Assembly (NCBI GenBank): GCA_021810145.1
Contig: JAJZJL010000003.1
Coordinates: 7,218 to 71,217, forward strand
Direction: 5' to 3'
From: Planctomycetota bacterium
GTDB taxonomy: Bacteria; Planctomycetota; Phycisphaerae; WQYP01
Length of the DNA stretch: 64,000 nucleotides
Shown here piece by piece: positions 36,802 through 46,275 of this stretch (its first letter is position 1; every line of letters begins with the position of its first letter). Made by a program: the position numbers and the translations under genes. The notes beneath the pieces were generated by a model that was given only the letters and a program-made list of their open reading frames with translations, was not told where the DNA came from and ran no database searches.

Positions 36802-38352
36802 TCATAAATCATGGCCGCAATACGAAAGACTGAAACTCTTGTTACACAGCGGAAAATCAGAAATCTGCTTTCCCCGCACCGCCATTGCGACGGCCGGCCA
36901 GTTATGAAACGATGGATCCACAATTTTATAACGTTCAAAACGGCCCTGAGCATCGGTCAGAGCCACATGACAAACCTGCCCGCGCCAGGCTTCCTGCAAA
37001 GTCACAACCAGGGACTCGGGTTGCGGGGCGGAGACTTCGGCCTGCAGTGCTCCGACCGGCAGGGCTTTCAGTTGATCCCGGAGAAACTGTATGGACCGTT
37101 GAATCTCCAGCCAACGGACATACGCCCGGGCAAATACGTCACCGCCGCGCCAGGTGGACACGGGAATATGGCTGAACTGATAAATCCCCGAAGGGTGATC
37201 ACGCCGCGAATCCATATCCACGCCGCAGGCCCGGGCCGCCGGACCCACCATGCCGAGTTCCGTTGCGGTTTCTTTGGAAACCGCACCAATGCCTTCAAAT
37301 CGGGCCATCACCGATGAGGTCTCCCACAACAGATTAATGGCCGCACGGGATTCGCGTTCGGCAACGTCCAGCCGCTTGAGCAAATCCGCGGCAAGCGACG
37401 CATCGATATCAAAGCCAACCCCGCCGATGCGCAGCAATCCACGACCAAATCGATTGCCGCAAAGCGCCGCGGTCATATTCAGAAAATCGCCGCGGATGCG
37501 CCCACAGAATGAAGCGGATGGCAGAAAACCGGCATCACCGGATAAGGCGCCCAGATCACCAACGTGGTTGGCCAGACGTTCAAGTTCCAGGGCAATTCCG
37601 CGGATGGCGGCGGCGCGCGGACTGATCTGGCAACTCCCCAGCGATTCGATCATTTGCGCGTAAGCGCAGCCATGGCCGATGGTGGTATCTCCGGCAAGTG
37701 TTTCGGCGTAATGCAACGATCGCTTATCCGGTCCGCCCCGCATTGCTCTTTCAACCCCACGATGCTGGTAGCCCAGAGCTATTTCCAGATGCAGTATGGT
37801 TTCGCCGTCGCACTGAAAACGGAAGTGTCCTGGCTCAATAACACCGGCATGAATCGGCCCGACGGCCACCTCGTGCACCTGCCCGCCGGTGATCTGATAA
37901 AAATCCATGACTCCCGCCTGCACGACATCCGCAGGGCCGCGATTCCAGGCATCGGCCCCGGCGCGATAACTGCGGTGAAAGCGCACCGGCTTGAGCCAGG
38001 GATGCCCCAGTGGCTTAACGCCAAATTGTTCGGCAATTTCACGCTCAAACAAATGTACCTGCGGGCATTGGGGTGTTAATGACGGGAACCCGTCGGCGGA
38101 TACGCCGGTCCGGGCGATATGCAGCCGGCCATGCTGATCATCGGCCAGCACCACATACAAGGAGATCTTAAAACTGTTCTCAGAATCCGTTGCGCCAAAA
38201 AGGGCGCAAACTCTGCGGCGGTCCCGCAGAGCATCAAGAATCGCCCCTTGAAACTGCGGCAAGGGCAGTTCGGGTATTGCGGATCGGGCGACAGGCTGCC
38301 CGCTGGATATTTCCGCCAATGACAGGTTGTGCGATGAAGCGGACAGACTCAT
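36802..38352 (-). CDS. NuoC-NuoD / HycE-like large subunit lacking [NiFe] cysteine ligands (Ehr-type)
   Basis: 'GPIHAGVIEPGHFRF', 'LGYQHRGVE' and 'GPAARACGVDMDSR' blocks. There is no CxxC pair anywhere in the protein. The L1 position reads 'LAGDTTIGHGCAYAQ' and the C-terminus reads 'FPLCNKSFSLSYCGHDL'. Confidence 0.8.
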   Translation of the reverse strand: MSLSASSHNLSLAEISSGQPVARSAIPELPLPQFQGAILDALRDRRRVCALFGATDSENSFKISLYVVLADDQHGRLHIARTGVSADGFPSLTPQCPQVHLFEREIAEQFGVKPLGHPWLKPVRFHRSYRAGADAWNRGPADVVQAGVMDFYQITGGQVHEVAVGPIHAGVIEPGHFRFQCDGETILHLEIALGYQHRGVERAMRGGPDKRSLHYAETLAGDTTIGHGCAYAQMIESLGSCQISPRAAAIRGIALELERLANHVGDLGALSGDAGFLPSASFCGRIRGDFLNMTAALCGNRFGRGLLRIGGVGFDIDASLAADLLKRLDVAERESRAAINLLWETSSVMARFEGIGAVSKETATELGMVGPAARACGVDMDSRRDHPSGIYQFSHIPVSTWRGGDVFARAYVRWLEIQRSIQFLRDQLKALPVGALQAEVSAPQPESLVVTLQEAWRGQVCHVALTDAQGRFERYKIVDPSFHNWPAVAMAVRGKQISDFPLCNKSFSLSYCGHDL

Positions 38353-39788
38353 GGCCGCACCTCCATAAATGTCTGCGCCTGATGCAGCAGGTGAGACAGG
38401 AACGGCGGAATATGCACTCCCAGCATCAATACAAGAAGACAGGACAGTATCAGCGGCAAGCCGGTCAGCAGCCCATCGCGGTATATGTTCCCGGATTGTT
38501 TTCGCGGCAGAGGCCGTCCGAGCACCACGGTCAGTACGGTTCGGCCCATACCGATAAACACCAGCAGCAGCAGCAGGAGAAACAACCCGCCAATGAGAAA
38601 CAAATGGGCGGAAAAGGCGGCGTTCAAAATGGTAAACAGGCTCACAAACGGTCCAAACGGCGGCGAGCCGGTAATCGCCAGAAAGCCGAGCATAAAAACG
38701 GTGCCCGACAAAGGCAGCCGCCGCATTGCACCGTGAACATCATCGGTGCTTTTACTGCCGTAAGAGCGGTGAATATTGCCGGCGGCGAGAAACAGCATGC
38801 CTTTGGTCAGAGCATTATTGATCATTTGCAGAATCGCGCCAAAAAGTGCCGGGCCTCCAATGCCCGCACCCAGCGCCAGAATTCCCATTTGCTCCACACT
38901 TGAATACGCCAACATGCGTTTGATATCTTTCTGGCCCAGCACAAATACCGCCGCCACGGCCATGGATAGCAGTCCCATGCCTATAAGCAGATGACTCGTG
39001 TAGGTCTGCAGGCCGCCGGCAATGCAGACGCGATCGACGCGTAAAATTGCCAGAAATGCCAGACTCGTCAAGCCTCCCGCCAATAAAGCGCCTACCACAC
39101 CCGGCGCTTCGCCATACGCATCGGGCTTCCAGGTGTGCATCGGCGCCAGCCCCATTTTGGTGCCGTATCCGACCAGTAAAAATACAAATGCGATTTTAAG
39201 CCAGACCGCATTATCCGCTCCCGCATGCCGCACCAGATGTGAAAACAGCAACGTCGGATGCGGGTTATTGGCCAGTGAAGCGTAGACCAGAAAAAATGAA
39301 CCCAACAGCGCCAGCGCAATGCCGACTGAACTTAACAGCAAGTACTTCCAGGTGGCTTCTATGGAAAGCGGCGTGCGATTGAAATAAATCATCGGGGCGG
39401 TGCTCAGAGCGGTGGATTCTATGGCAATCCACATCAATCCCAGTTGCTGCGAGCACGTTACCAGCGTGGCACCGGCGAGAAATATCAGAAGGCACGGTAT
39501 TAACACCCGATTGGACCGCTCGGTTCGATAGCGCAAATAACCGACGATATACATTGAACAGATCAGAAACAATGTGCTGATTAGCAGCAGCGTCAGTTTT
39601 CCCGGCGGGTCCAGTGCAACCCAGCCACCCCATATCGGTGCGGCAGGCACAATCAGAACCGTCAGCACTGCCGCAAAATGCAGGCTCGCCGCCAGCGGCA
39701 TAATCCATGGGCGCACCGTGTTGGAAGTAATGGCTCCGGCTGCAAGAGCCGCAAGAAGCGGAATGAAAATAAGTATCGGCAAGAACAT
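38349..39788 (-). CDS. NuoN/HyfF/MnhD-like antiporter-type membrane subunit
   Basis: 479-aa polytopic protein with 'KMGLAPMHTWKPDAYGEAP' and 'KRMLAYSSVEQMG' proton-pumping-subunit blocks. It overlaps the next gene by 4 nt (ATGA). Confidence 0.8.
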   Translation of the reverse strand: MFLPILIFIPLLAALAAGAITSNTVRPWIMPLAASLHFAAVLTVLIVPAAPIWGGWVALDPPGKLTLLLISTLFLICSMYIVGYLRYRTERSNRVLIPCLLIFLAGATLVTCSQQLGLMWIAIESTALSTAPMIYFNRTPLSIEATWKYLLLSSVGIALALLGSFFLVYASLANNPHPTLLFSHLVRHAGADNAVWLKIAFVFLLVGYGTKMGLAPMHTWKPDAYGEAPGVVGALLAGGLTSLAFLAILRVDRVCIAGGLQTYTSHLLIGMGLLSMAVAAVFVLGQKDIKRMLAYSSVEQMGILALGAGIGGPALFGAILQMINNALTKGMLFLAAGNIHRSYGSKSTDDVHGAMRRLPLSGTVFMLGFLAITGSPPFGPFVSLFTILNAAFSAHLFLIGGLFLLLLLLVFIGMGRTVLTVVLGRPLPRKQSGNIYRDGLLTGLPLILSCLLVLMLGVHIPPFLSHLLHQAQTFMEVRP

Positions 39789-39794
39789 GCTGGT

Positions 39795-40436
39795 TTATTC
39801 CTTCAAGGCTGTAAGCTGTCGGGTATCCAGGGATGAAAAGGCTTCATTGATGTGATTGAGGATAATACTGACCACAAAAATGCCCACAAATAAATCCAGC
39901 AGAATGCCTAATTCCACCAGAAATGGCACGGCCGCCAGCAGCAACATGCCGAAAATATAAATTCCATTTTCAAGAATCAGATAACCGATGACCTGCGTAA
40001 TGGCTTTGTACCGTGTGGTTAACAGCAAAAATCCCGTGAGCACCGTGGAAAATGACGCGGGAATAATCAGCGCGGCGATGCGCGTCTGAATCATGGGCAG
40101 ATATGCGGCAAAAGTAATGGACAAAGCTGTTCCCATCGCGCCCAGCAGCATGGTGGGCAAAAAGCCGATCAGCGGTTCAACCTCGCGCTTGATCTGCGCA
40201 TCGCGCAGAGCTTTGTGCAGCATCTGCGGAATCAACAGGCCCTTAATCGCGGCCGTTACCGCCGCCACAAAGATAATCATCACGTCAATGCGCTTTTCCA
40301 GAAGCAACGGCAAGGCGCTTAAAATAACACCCTGTGCGGCTGCAGAGTAAATAAGGGACCTCATGCGGCTGACGCCGAGCATGAACAGGTTCAGCAGCAG
40401 CACAATAACCAGTGGTGTATTAATCGACCAGTGCAT
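39795..40436 (-). CDS. HyfE-like small membrane subunit
   Basis: 213 aa with about 7 hydrophobic segments. Position and size match HyfE in hyf-type operons. Confidence 0.65.
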   Translation of the reverse strand: MHWSINTPLVIVLLLNLFMLGVSRMRSLIYSAAAQGVILSALPLLLEKRIDVMIIFVAAVTAAIKGLLIPQMLHKALRDAQIKREVEPLIGFLPTMLLGAMGTALSITFAAYLPMIQTRIAALIIPASFSTVLTGFLLLTTRYKAITQVIGYLILENGIYIFGMLLLAAVPFLVELGILLDLFVGIFVVSIILNHINEAFSSLDTRQLTALKE

Positions 40437-40439
40437 GAT

Positions 40440-41351
40440 CTACCTCACCATCAGAACAAAACCGAAACCGCATAACAGGCTTGCCGCCGCCAGCAGCGTG
40501 GGCACATGCCGCATCTGCAGGCGAGCCATAAATGATTCCACCGTCCCTATTACGCCGGCCATGGCAATTAACTCGACGGGAAACAGCACCCAGTCCACCC
40601 CGGGCACGCCGGCATGAAACGGCACCAGCAGATGTAAAACCAGAGCGCTTAGCACAAGCAGCTTCATCGCCGAGCCATATTGAATCAGCCCCAGCAACGG
40701 GCCGCTGTTATCCAGCACCATAACCTCATGAATCATGGTTAATTCCAGATGCGTATTCGGATCATCCACGGGAATCCGGGAATTTTCCGCCAGCAGCACA
40801 ATGAATAATCCGGCGGCAGCCAGCAATACGGGTGCCTCCGGCCGATGCGCCAGCGGTGCCAACAGCATCGGCGTGAGACTGACACTGCCGGACAGGCGAA
40901 CCAGAACCAGTAGTCCCAGGAGAACGGCGGCCTCGGAAAGGCAGGCAAAAGTCATCTCCCGCGCCGCCCCCATTGCTTCAAAGGATGATCCGGTATCCAA
41001 CGCGGCGGATGTAGTGAAAAAACGCGCCAATCCGAACAGATATACAAACAGAATTAAATCACCGGTAAAGTGAATCGGAGCGGCGAACGGCCCAAATGGC
41101 ACCAGCAACCCCGCCAGCAGCGTGGCCGCCAGCGTTACCACCGGTGCCGCCTGAAATACCCATGTGGTGGTGGTGCTGATAACCATGCCCTTGCGCAGCA
41201 ATTTGTAAATGTCATAATAGGGCTGCAGCAGCGGCGGTCCTTTGCGCCCCGCGAAAACCGCCTTGGTTCTGTTTATCACACCGGGCAGCAGCGGCGGCAT
41301 TGCAACCAGCAAGCCGATGTGAATCAGTGGATTTATGATATTCTCAAACAT
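40440..41351 (-). CDS. NuoH/HycD/HyfC-like membrane subunit
   Basis: 303-aa polytopic protein with 'VFAGRKGPPLLQPYYDIYKL' (the NuoH/HycD N-terminal loop block) and 'ENSRIPVDDPNTHLELTM'. Confidence 0.8.
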   Translation of the reverse strand: MFENIINPLIHIGLLVAMPPLLPGVINRTKAVFAGRKGPPLLQPYYDIYKLLRKGMVISTTTTWVFQAAPVVTLAATLLAGLLVPFGPFAAPIHFTGDLILFVYLFGLARFFTTSAALDTGSSFEAMGAAREMTFACLSEAAVLLGLLVLVRLSGSVSLTPMLLAPLAHRPEAPVLLAAAGLFIVLLAENSRIPVDDPNTHLELTMIHEVMVLDNSGPLLGLIQYGSAMKLLVLSALVLHLLVPFHAGVPGVDWVLFPVELIAMAGVIGTVESFMARLQMRHVPTLLAAASLLCGFGFVLMVR

Positions 41352-41393
41352 GGGTCACCTTACAGCGCGTATCCGCCGGATTTTCGCACAACC

Positions 41394-43400
41394 TCAAAAG
41401 CCAAGCGCCAGCAACAGCAGCAGCAGTATTGCCAGCATATAAGCCAGATACATATTGACCGGCTTGTTCTGCAGTGGTCTTAATCGCGCCAGCAATCGCC
41501 GCGTTAAGGCAAAGCAGGGAATTAATCCGCGATCCAGCACCACATCGGGAACATCGCGAACAATTTCCATCGGCTGCGGACAATAGCGCGGCACGGGTAA
41601 TTCAGCATGCGTATTGGGAATCATCCACGAGAACATCTGCGCCAGCATTCGGGAAAAGGACGCCCCGGTGTACTGCATCCGCGATGAGGTTCGGGCGCAG
41701 GCACAACTCCAGGTGGGACGCCTGACGGCGGCCCGGGTTTTTCGCACGGCCCAGAGTACCGAAACAATTGCCGCTGCCGCCAGCAACAGCACCGCATTTA
41801 CGATTGCCATTTCAAGTAAAGGTGCCAAGGCTCCAATTGAACCGCCGGCAGTCGTCGCCCGCGGCGCCCAGTCGTGTATTGCGCGGGCAAGAAATGGCAT
41901 TGTAACGTCGGGAAATAAGGCCATCGCGCAGCATCCGGATGCCAGAATTCCCATGGGCAGAAGCATTGCGGCGCCCGGATCATGCGCGTGACTTATTTGG
42001 TCTGAACGCTTATTACCCAGAAACACCGAACCGGTTAATTTCACGAAGCCTGCCACCGCCAATGCCCCGGTTGCGGCCAGAGCGCCAGCCGCCAGTGAAA
42101 TCCAGACCAATGTACCGCCCTGTGGCACCGTCGCGGTGCGCAGCAAACCCAGATAGATCAGCCATTCGCTTAGAAAGCCGTTCAACCCCGGCAACCCGCA
42201 GATCGCCAGAGCACCCGTAAAAAACAGGATGGCGGTAATCGGCATTTTCGCCGCCAGTCCCCCCAGAGAATCTATTTTCCGCGTATGCGTGGCGTGCAGC
42301 AGGTTGCCCGCTCCCATAAACAGCAGAGGCTTAAATAAGCTGTGATTAAGAACATGGAACAACGCTCCGCCCAATCCCAACACAATAAGATCCGGACGAT
42401 TGACAGATCTGCCGATCAGGGCCAGGCCCAGGCCCATGCAGACAATTCCCATGTTCTCAACACTGCTGTACGCCAGCAGTCGCTTGTAATCGTTCTGGCA
42501 AACCGCAAAAATCACTCCCACCACCGCCGATCCGGCTCCGAGAATCAACAACGTCAAACCCCACCATAGCGGCGGCGCGGTCATTGTTTCACCGATACGC
42601 AGGAGGCCATAAATTCCAATGTTCAGCATTACCCCGGAAAACAATGCCGAAACATGGCTTGGCGCATTGGCGTGAGCACCGGGGAGCCAAACATGCAGCG
42701 GCATAATTCCGGCCTTTAATCCAAAGCCCACCAGAGCCAATATAAACATTGCCGCCGCCATTGCCGAAGGCACCGAGCCATGAAGCGTTATCCACAAATC
42801 AAACGATCCCGTCGTAAGGCGCATCAGTACAACCATCGCCACCAGCGCAATTATTCCAATGTGCGCGGCAATAAGATAAATCCAACCGGCCGCATGAACG
42901 CCTGGGTCATGATCTTCCGTGGTAATGAGAAAAAATGCCGCCAGAGCCATGACTTCCCATGCCATCAGAAACAGCACGCCATCACGCGCCAGCACCACCA
43001 TCATCATTGCGGCGTTCATGATTCCCCAGCACAATCGCAGCTTGCGTCCATTGCCGGGATGCCGGTTCTGTTTCCAATACTCCATGGCGTAAATGGAACC
43101 TGCTATGGAAATGCCCAAAACAGGCATAAGAAACAGAGCGGTTATGCAATCCAGCCCGACGCCAAACCTGCCCCATGGCAACGACCAGGGCCAGGTCAGG
43201 GTTTGAATCCGGGATCCACTTGAGACAAACATCAGCAATGCCGCGCCACCGAGAAGTGTGGCCAGCAGGTTCAAGAGCATCGCAATGCGTTGTCCCGTCA
43301 TGCCGCGGCGGCTGAAAAACAAGCCCGGCACACCCGAAAGGGTCATGCAGAAAACGGATGCCAGAGTTATATATAATGACATGTACATATCAAAGTTCAT
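41394..43400 (-). CDS. NuoL/HyfB-like antiporter-type membrane subunit (copy 2)
   Basis: 668 aa with 'KAGIMPLHVWLPGAHANAPSHVSAL', 'KRLLAYSSVENMG' and 'HSLFKPLLFMGAG'. Confidence 0.8.
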   Translation of the reverse strand: MNFDMYMSLYITLASVFCMTLSGVPGLFFSRRGMTGQRIAMLLNLLATLLGGAALLMFVSSGSRIQTLTWPWSLPWGRFGVGLDCITALFLMPVLGISIAGSIYAMEYWKQNRHPGNGRKLRLCWGIMNAAMMMVVLARDGVLFLMAWEVMALAAFFLITTEDHDPGVHAAGWIYLIAAHIGIIALVAMVVLMRLTTGSFDLWITLHGSVPSAMAAAMFILALVGFGLKAGIMPLHVWLPGAHANAPSHVSALFSGVMLNIGIYGLLRIGETMTAPPLWWGLTLLILGAGSAVVGVIFAVCQNDYKRLLAYSSVENMGIVCMGLGLALIGRSVNRPDLIVLGLGGALFHVLNHSLFKPLLFMGAGNLLHATHTRKIDSLGGLAAKMPITAILFFTGALAICGLPGLNGFLSEWLIYLGLLRTATVPQGGTLVWISLAAGALAATGALAVAGFVKLTGSVFLGNKRSDQISHAHDPGAAMLLPMGILASGCCAMALFPDVTMPFLARAIHDWAPRATTAGGSIGALAPLLEMAIVNAVLLLAAAAIVSVLWAVRKTRAAVRRPTWSCACARTSSRMQYTGASFSRMLAQMFSWMIPNTHAELPVPRYCPQPMEIVRDVPDVVLDRGLIPCFALTRRLLARLRPLQNKPVNMYLAYMLAILLLLLLALGF

Positions 43401-43415
43401 TCCACATTACAATCA

Positions 43416-45434
43416 TTAACGCCCCATGATGCGCGTCACAATACTGGCAACCGGAATCAGCGATGCCAGCAGCACAAACAGCACCAGAACGATATACAGC
43501 AGATATTCCTGTACGCTGCCCTGTTGCACCCGTCGCACCGGAACCAGCATTCGCTTCAAGCGGTCCCATCCGGTAAACGCCGCACGGTCGGTAATCAGGT
43601 CCGGAATATGCGTTTGCCGGTCGATCGGTTCCGCAAAAAGTTTCTCCGGGACCGAGCCATGCGTTACGGGGCGAGCAATCCACCGCAACAATCCCAGAAG
43701 CATTTCGGCAAAGGAAGCGGCGGTGTATTGCATACGGCTGCTTGGGCGGGCATAAGCGCACGCCCATGTCGCAGCGCGCGGTGAGACGGCATGACGCCGT
43801 GTTGCCGGCAGTGCCATAATCAATAACACGATCACGATAACCGCGGCAAAGCCGGTGGAAACCACGCTCAGTGTTTGCCAGGGCAGCGCCGATGCCAGAC
43901 GATGGGCCATCGTCACATCGCCGGCCCACGCCGCCACCGCATGTCCCAGCGGCAGCACCACGATAACCGGCGCAAGACCAATCAGGGCACACACGCCCGC
44001 GAGAACCACCATCGGCCCGATCATGCTGATCGGCGATTCGTGTGCTTTCGTCGGAAGATCGGTGCGAGCACTACCCAGAAATACGCTTCCAAATACTTTT
44101 ACAAAACACGCCACCGCCAAAGCTCCAACCGCTGCCAGCGCTCCCGCTCCGAAAGCCACTGCCGCCCAGCCGCCCGCAGTGGCGTTTGCCGCCGGGGTCA
44201 GCAATCCGACGTACACCAGTAATTCACTGATGAAACCGTTCAATGGCGGCAATCCGCAGATGGCAATGGCACCAACCAGGAACAGCCCCGCACTCCATGG
44301 CATGCGCTTGGCCAGAGACCCAAGCGAATCGAGTTCCCGCGTACCGGTGGCGTGAACCACCGATCCCGCGGAAAGAAACAGCAGCGATTTGAACAAGCCG
44401 TGGTTCCACACATGCAGTAAACAGCCGGCCATTCCCAGCACAACAAACACCGGGGCGTGCAGCGATTTGCCGATCATGGCCAACCCCAATGCCATGAGAA
44501 TAATGCCGATATTTTCAATGCTGTGATAGGCCAACAGGCGCTTGATGTCATGTTGCCCCAGCGCCAAGATCACCCCCAGCAGAGCGTTAACGGTACCAAG
44601 TGACAGAATCACAACGCCCCATACCGCCGGCGGGTTGGGTAGCAGTGTCAATATGCGAAGCAAACCATATATTCCTATTTTCAGCAGCACACCTGAGAGT
44701 TGCGCTGAAATATGACTTGGCGCATTGGCGTGCGCCCCGGGCAACCAGAAATGCAGGGGCATAATCCCGGCCTTAAGACCAAACCCAAATAGCGCTAAAA
44801 GAAATATTGCCGTCTCCAGACCAATGCCGGTTGCGGCTGGAACCGGCGTAAGCTGAAAAGTCCCCGACGCCGCATGCAGCAATGCAAACATCGCAAATAA
44901 TGCCAGCGTGCCAATATGGGTGGCGACAAAATACACCCAGGCCGCCTGCCGGCATTCGGGTTTGTGGTCTTCGGTGGCAATGAGAAAAAAACTCGTCAGA
45001 GCCATGATTTCCCAGGCCAGCAGAAAAGCCAGCGCGCCGTACGCCAGTGTTACCATCACCATCGAGGCAATCAGCAGGCCATAAAGGAATCGCAATTTTC
45101 GCCCGGTTGCCGGGTGTTCCGCCTGCCGCCAATACCCCTGGCCATAAACAGAGCCGGCTGCTGCCAACACAAATATCAGCAGCGTAAAGAATGCCGATAG
45201 AGCATCCATACGCAAATGCAAAGCAACACCAGGCCATATCCCCGGAAGTGAAGTCATGCGTACATGTCCACTGATCAGGGCCAGCAATCCACCGATGAGG
45301 CCGGATACAGAACCCAAAAGCGTCAGCATTGTGGCGACAGTTTGTCCCCAGCCAGCGCGTCGCGGCACCGCCAACCCCGGCAGCCCGCTGATGGCCATGA
45401 GCGTGCAAGCCAAAAGTGTCAGAGACATTTCCAT
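43416..45434 (-). CDS. NuoL/HyfB-like antiporter-type membrane subunit (copy 1)
   Basis: 'KAGIMPLHFWLPGAHANAPSHISAQ', 'KRLLAYHSIENIG' and 'HGLFKSLLFLSAG'. The ATG at 45434 (MEMSLT...) is preceded by GGAG; the track start 45500 extends upstream. Confidence 0.8.
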   Translation of the reverse strand: MEMSLTLLACTLMAISGLPGLAVPRRAGWGQTVATMLTLLGSVSGLIGGLLALISGHVRMTSLPGIWPGVALHLRMDALSAFFTLLIFVLAAAGSVYGQGYWRQAEHPATGRKLRFLYGLLIASMVMVTLAYGALAFLLAWEIMALTSFFLIATEDHKPECRQAAWVYFVATHIGTLALFAMFALLHAASGTFQLTPVPAATGIGLETAIFLLALFGFGLKAGIMPLHFWLPGAHANAPSHISAQLSGVLLKIGIYGLLRILTLLPNPPAVWGVVILSLGTVNALLGVILALGQHDIKRLLAYHSIENIGIILMALGLAMIGKSLHAPVFVVLGMAGCLLHVWNHGLFKSLLFLSAGSVVHATGTRELDSLGSLAKRMPWSAGLFLVGAIAICGLPPLNGFISELLVYVGLLTPAANATAGGWAAVAFGAGALAAVGALAVACFVKVFGSVFLGSARTDLPTKAHESPISMIGPMVVLAGVCALIGLAPVIVVLPLGHAVAAWAGDVTMAHRLASALPWQTLSVVSTGFAAVIVIVLLIMALPATRRHAVSPRAATWACAYARPSSRMQYTAASFAEMLLGLLRWIARPVTHGSVPEKLFAEPIDRQTHIPDLITDRAAFTGWDRLKRMLVPVRRVQQGSVQEYLLYIVLVLFVLLASLIPVASIVTRIMGR

Positions 45435-45534
45435 AGCGACTCCAATTTTCGGCGGGACCTCAGGGCCACGCGACCAGGCGGCCCTCCCGCTCGAAAGCAT
45501 GCATCCGGGTTATGCACAACCCGCGGGCGGAAAA

Positions 45535-46275
45535 CTAATCGGGGGCGCCGATCGCCTGCGGATTCGCCACTGTTTTCCCGGATCCAGCCGCTGGCGTAAT
45601 TTCCGCCTCTGCCTTGGCCAGAGCACTGGTGATATCTTCACGCGATGCCTGCCGCATAATGGCACTGCGAAAATCGCCATTTCGTAACACAAAGCCCAAG
45701 CGCGAAAGCAAATGCAGATGCGCTCGCACCGTGGGACTCACCAGGGTGAATAATGTTGTGACGGGCTGATGATCAATCGCGCCGAATTCCACCGGGTTTT
45801 CCAGAAAGCACAGCGCTACCAGTGGCCGCGATAAGTGCAGAACGATTGGATTGCGCACATGCGGAATGGCGATGCCGTCGCCAATTCCGGTGGACCCCAA
45901 TGCCTCGCGTGCCAGAAGCACCTGATACAAAAATTCGCGATCCACTTCTTCCGGCAACTTCATGACATCCACCACCGAATGCAGTACGCCCGCCTTATCC
46001 TGCCCGCCAATGCGATAATGCACCCCACCGGCACGTAATGCTTCGGTTAATGACGGAGGCGGGGTATCGCCTCCTTCCGGTTCTTTGAATATCTCGGGTG
46101 AAACGTTCAATCGTCTGGATGTGGCCCATTCCAACAGCTCGGCCCGATTAAAGCGATATTGGTCATTGACTTGGTATGCGGGGATGGCACCATCCTTTAT
46201 CCATCGATAAATGCTTTTCTCTGAAACACTTAGCAATCTAGCGGCGTCTTTGACTGTCAATTTCACGAACTGCAT
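45535..46275 (-). CDS. helix-turn-helix (excisionase/MerR-like HTH) fused to PTS EIIA(Ntr)/PtsN-like domain
   Basis: N-terminus 'LTVKDAARLLSVSEKSIYRWIKDGAIPAYQV', C-terminal EIIA-2 block 'REALGSTGIGDGIAIPHVRNP', and 'LFTLVSP...HLHLLSRL'. AAGGAG lies directly upstream of the ATG at 46275. Confidence 0.7.
   Translation of the reverse strand: MQFVKLTVKDAARLLSVSEKSIYRWIKDGAIPAYQVNDQYRFNRAELLEWATSRRLNVSPEIFKEPEGGDTPPPSLTEALRAGGVHYRIGGQDKAGVLHSVVDVMKLPEEVDREFLYQVLLAREALGSTGIGDGIAIPHVRNPIVLHLSRPLVALCFLENPVEFGAIDHQPVTTLFTLVSPTVRAHLHLLSRLGFVLRNGDFRSAIMRQASREDITSALAKAEAEITPAAGSGKTVANPQAIGAPD

Noticed and set aside
35991-45434. Annotating the operon as hydrogenase-4 / formate hydrogenlyase (hyfBCEFGHI)
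   Set aside because: The large subunit has no CxxC motifs. No hyp, hycI, fdhF or hyfA genes are nearby. The gene order is hyf-like, but catalytic hydrogenase function is not supported.
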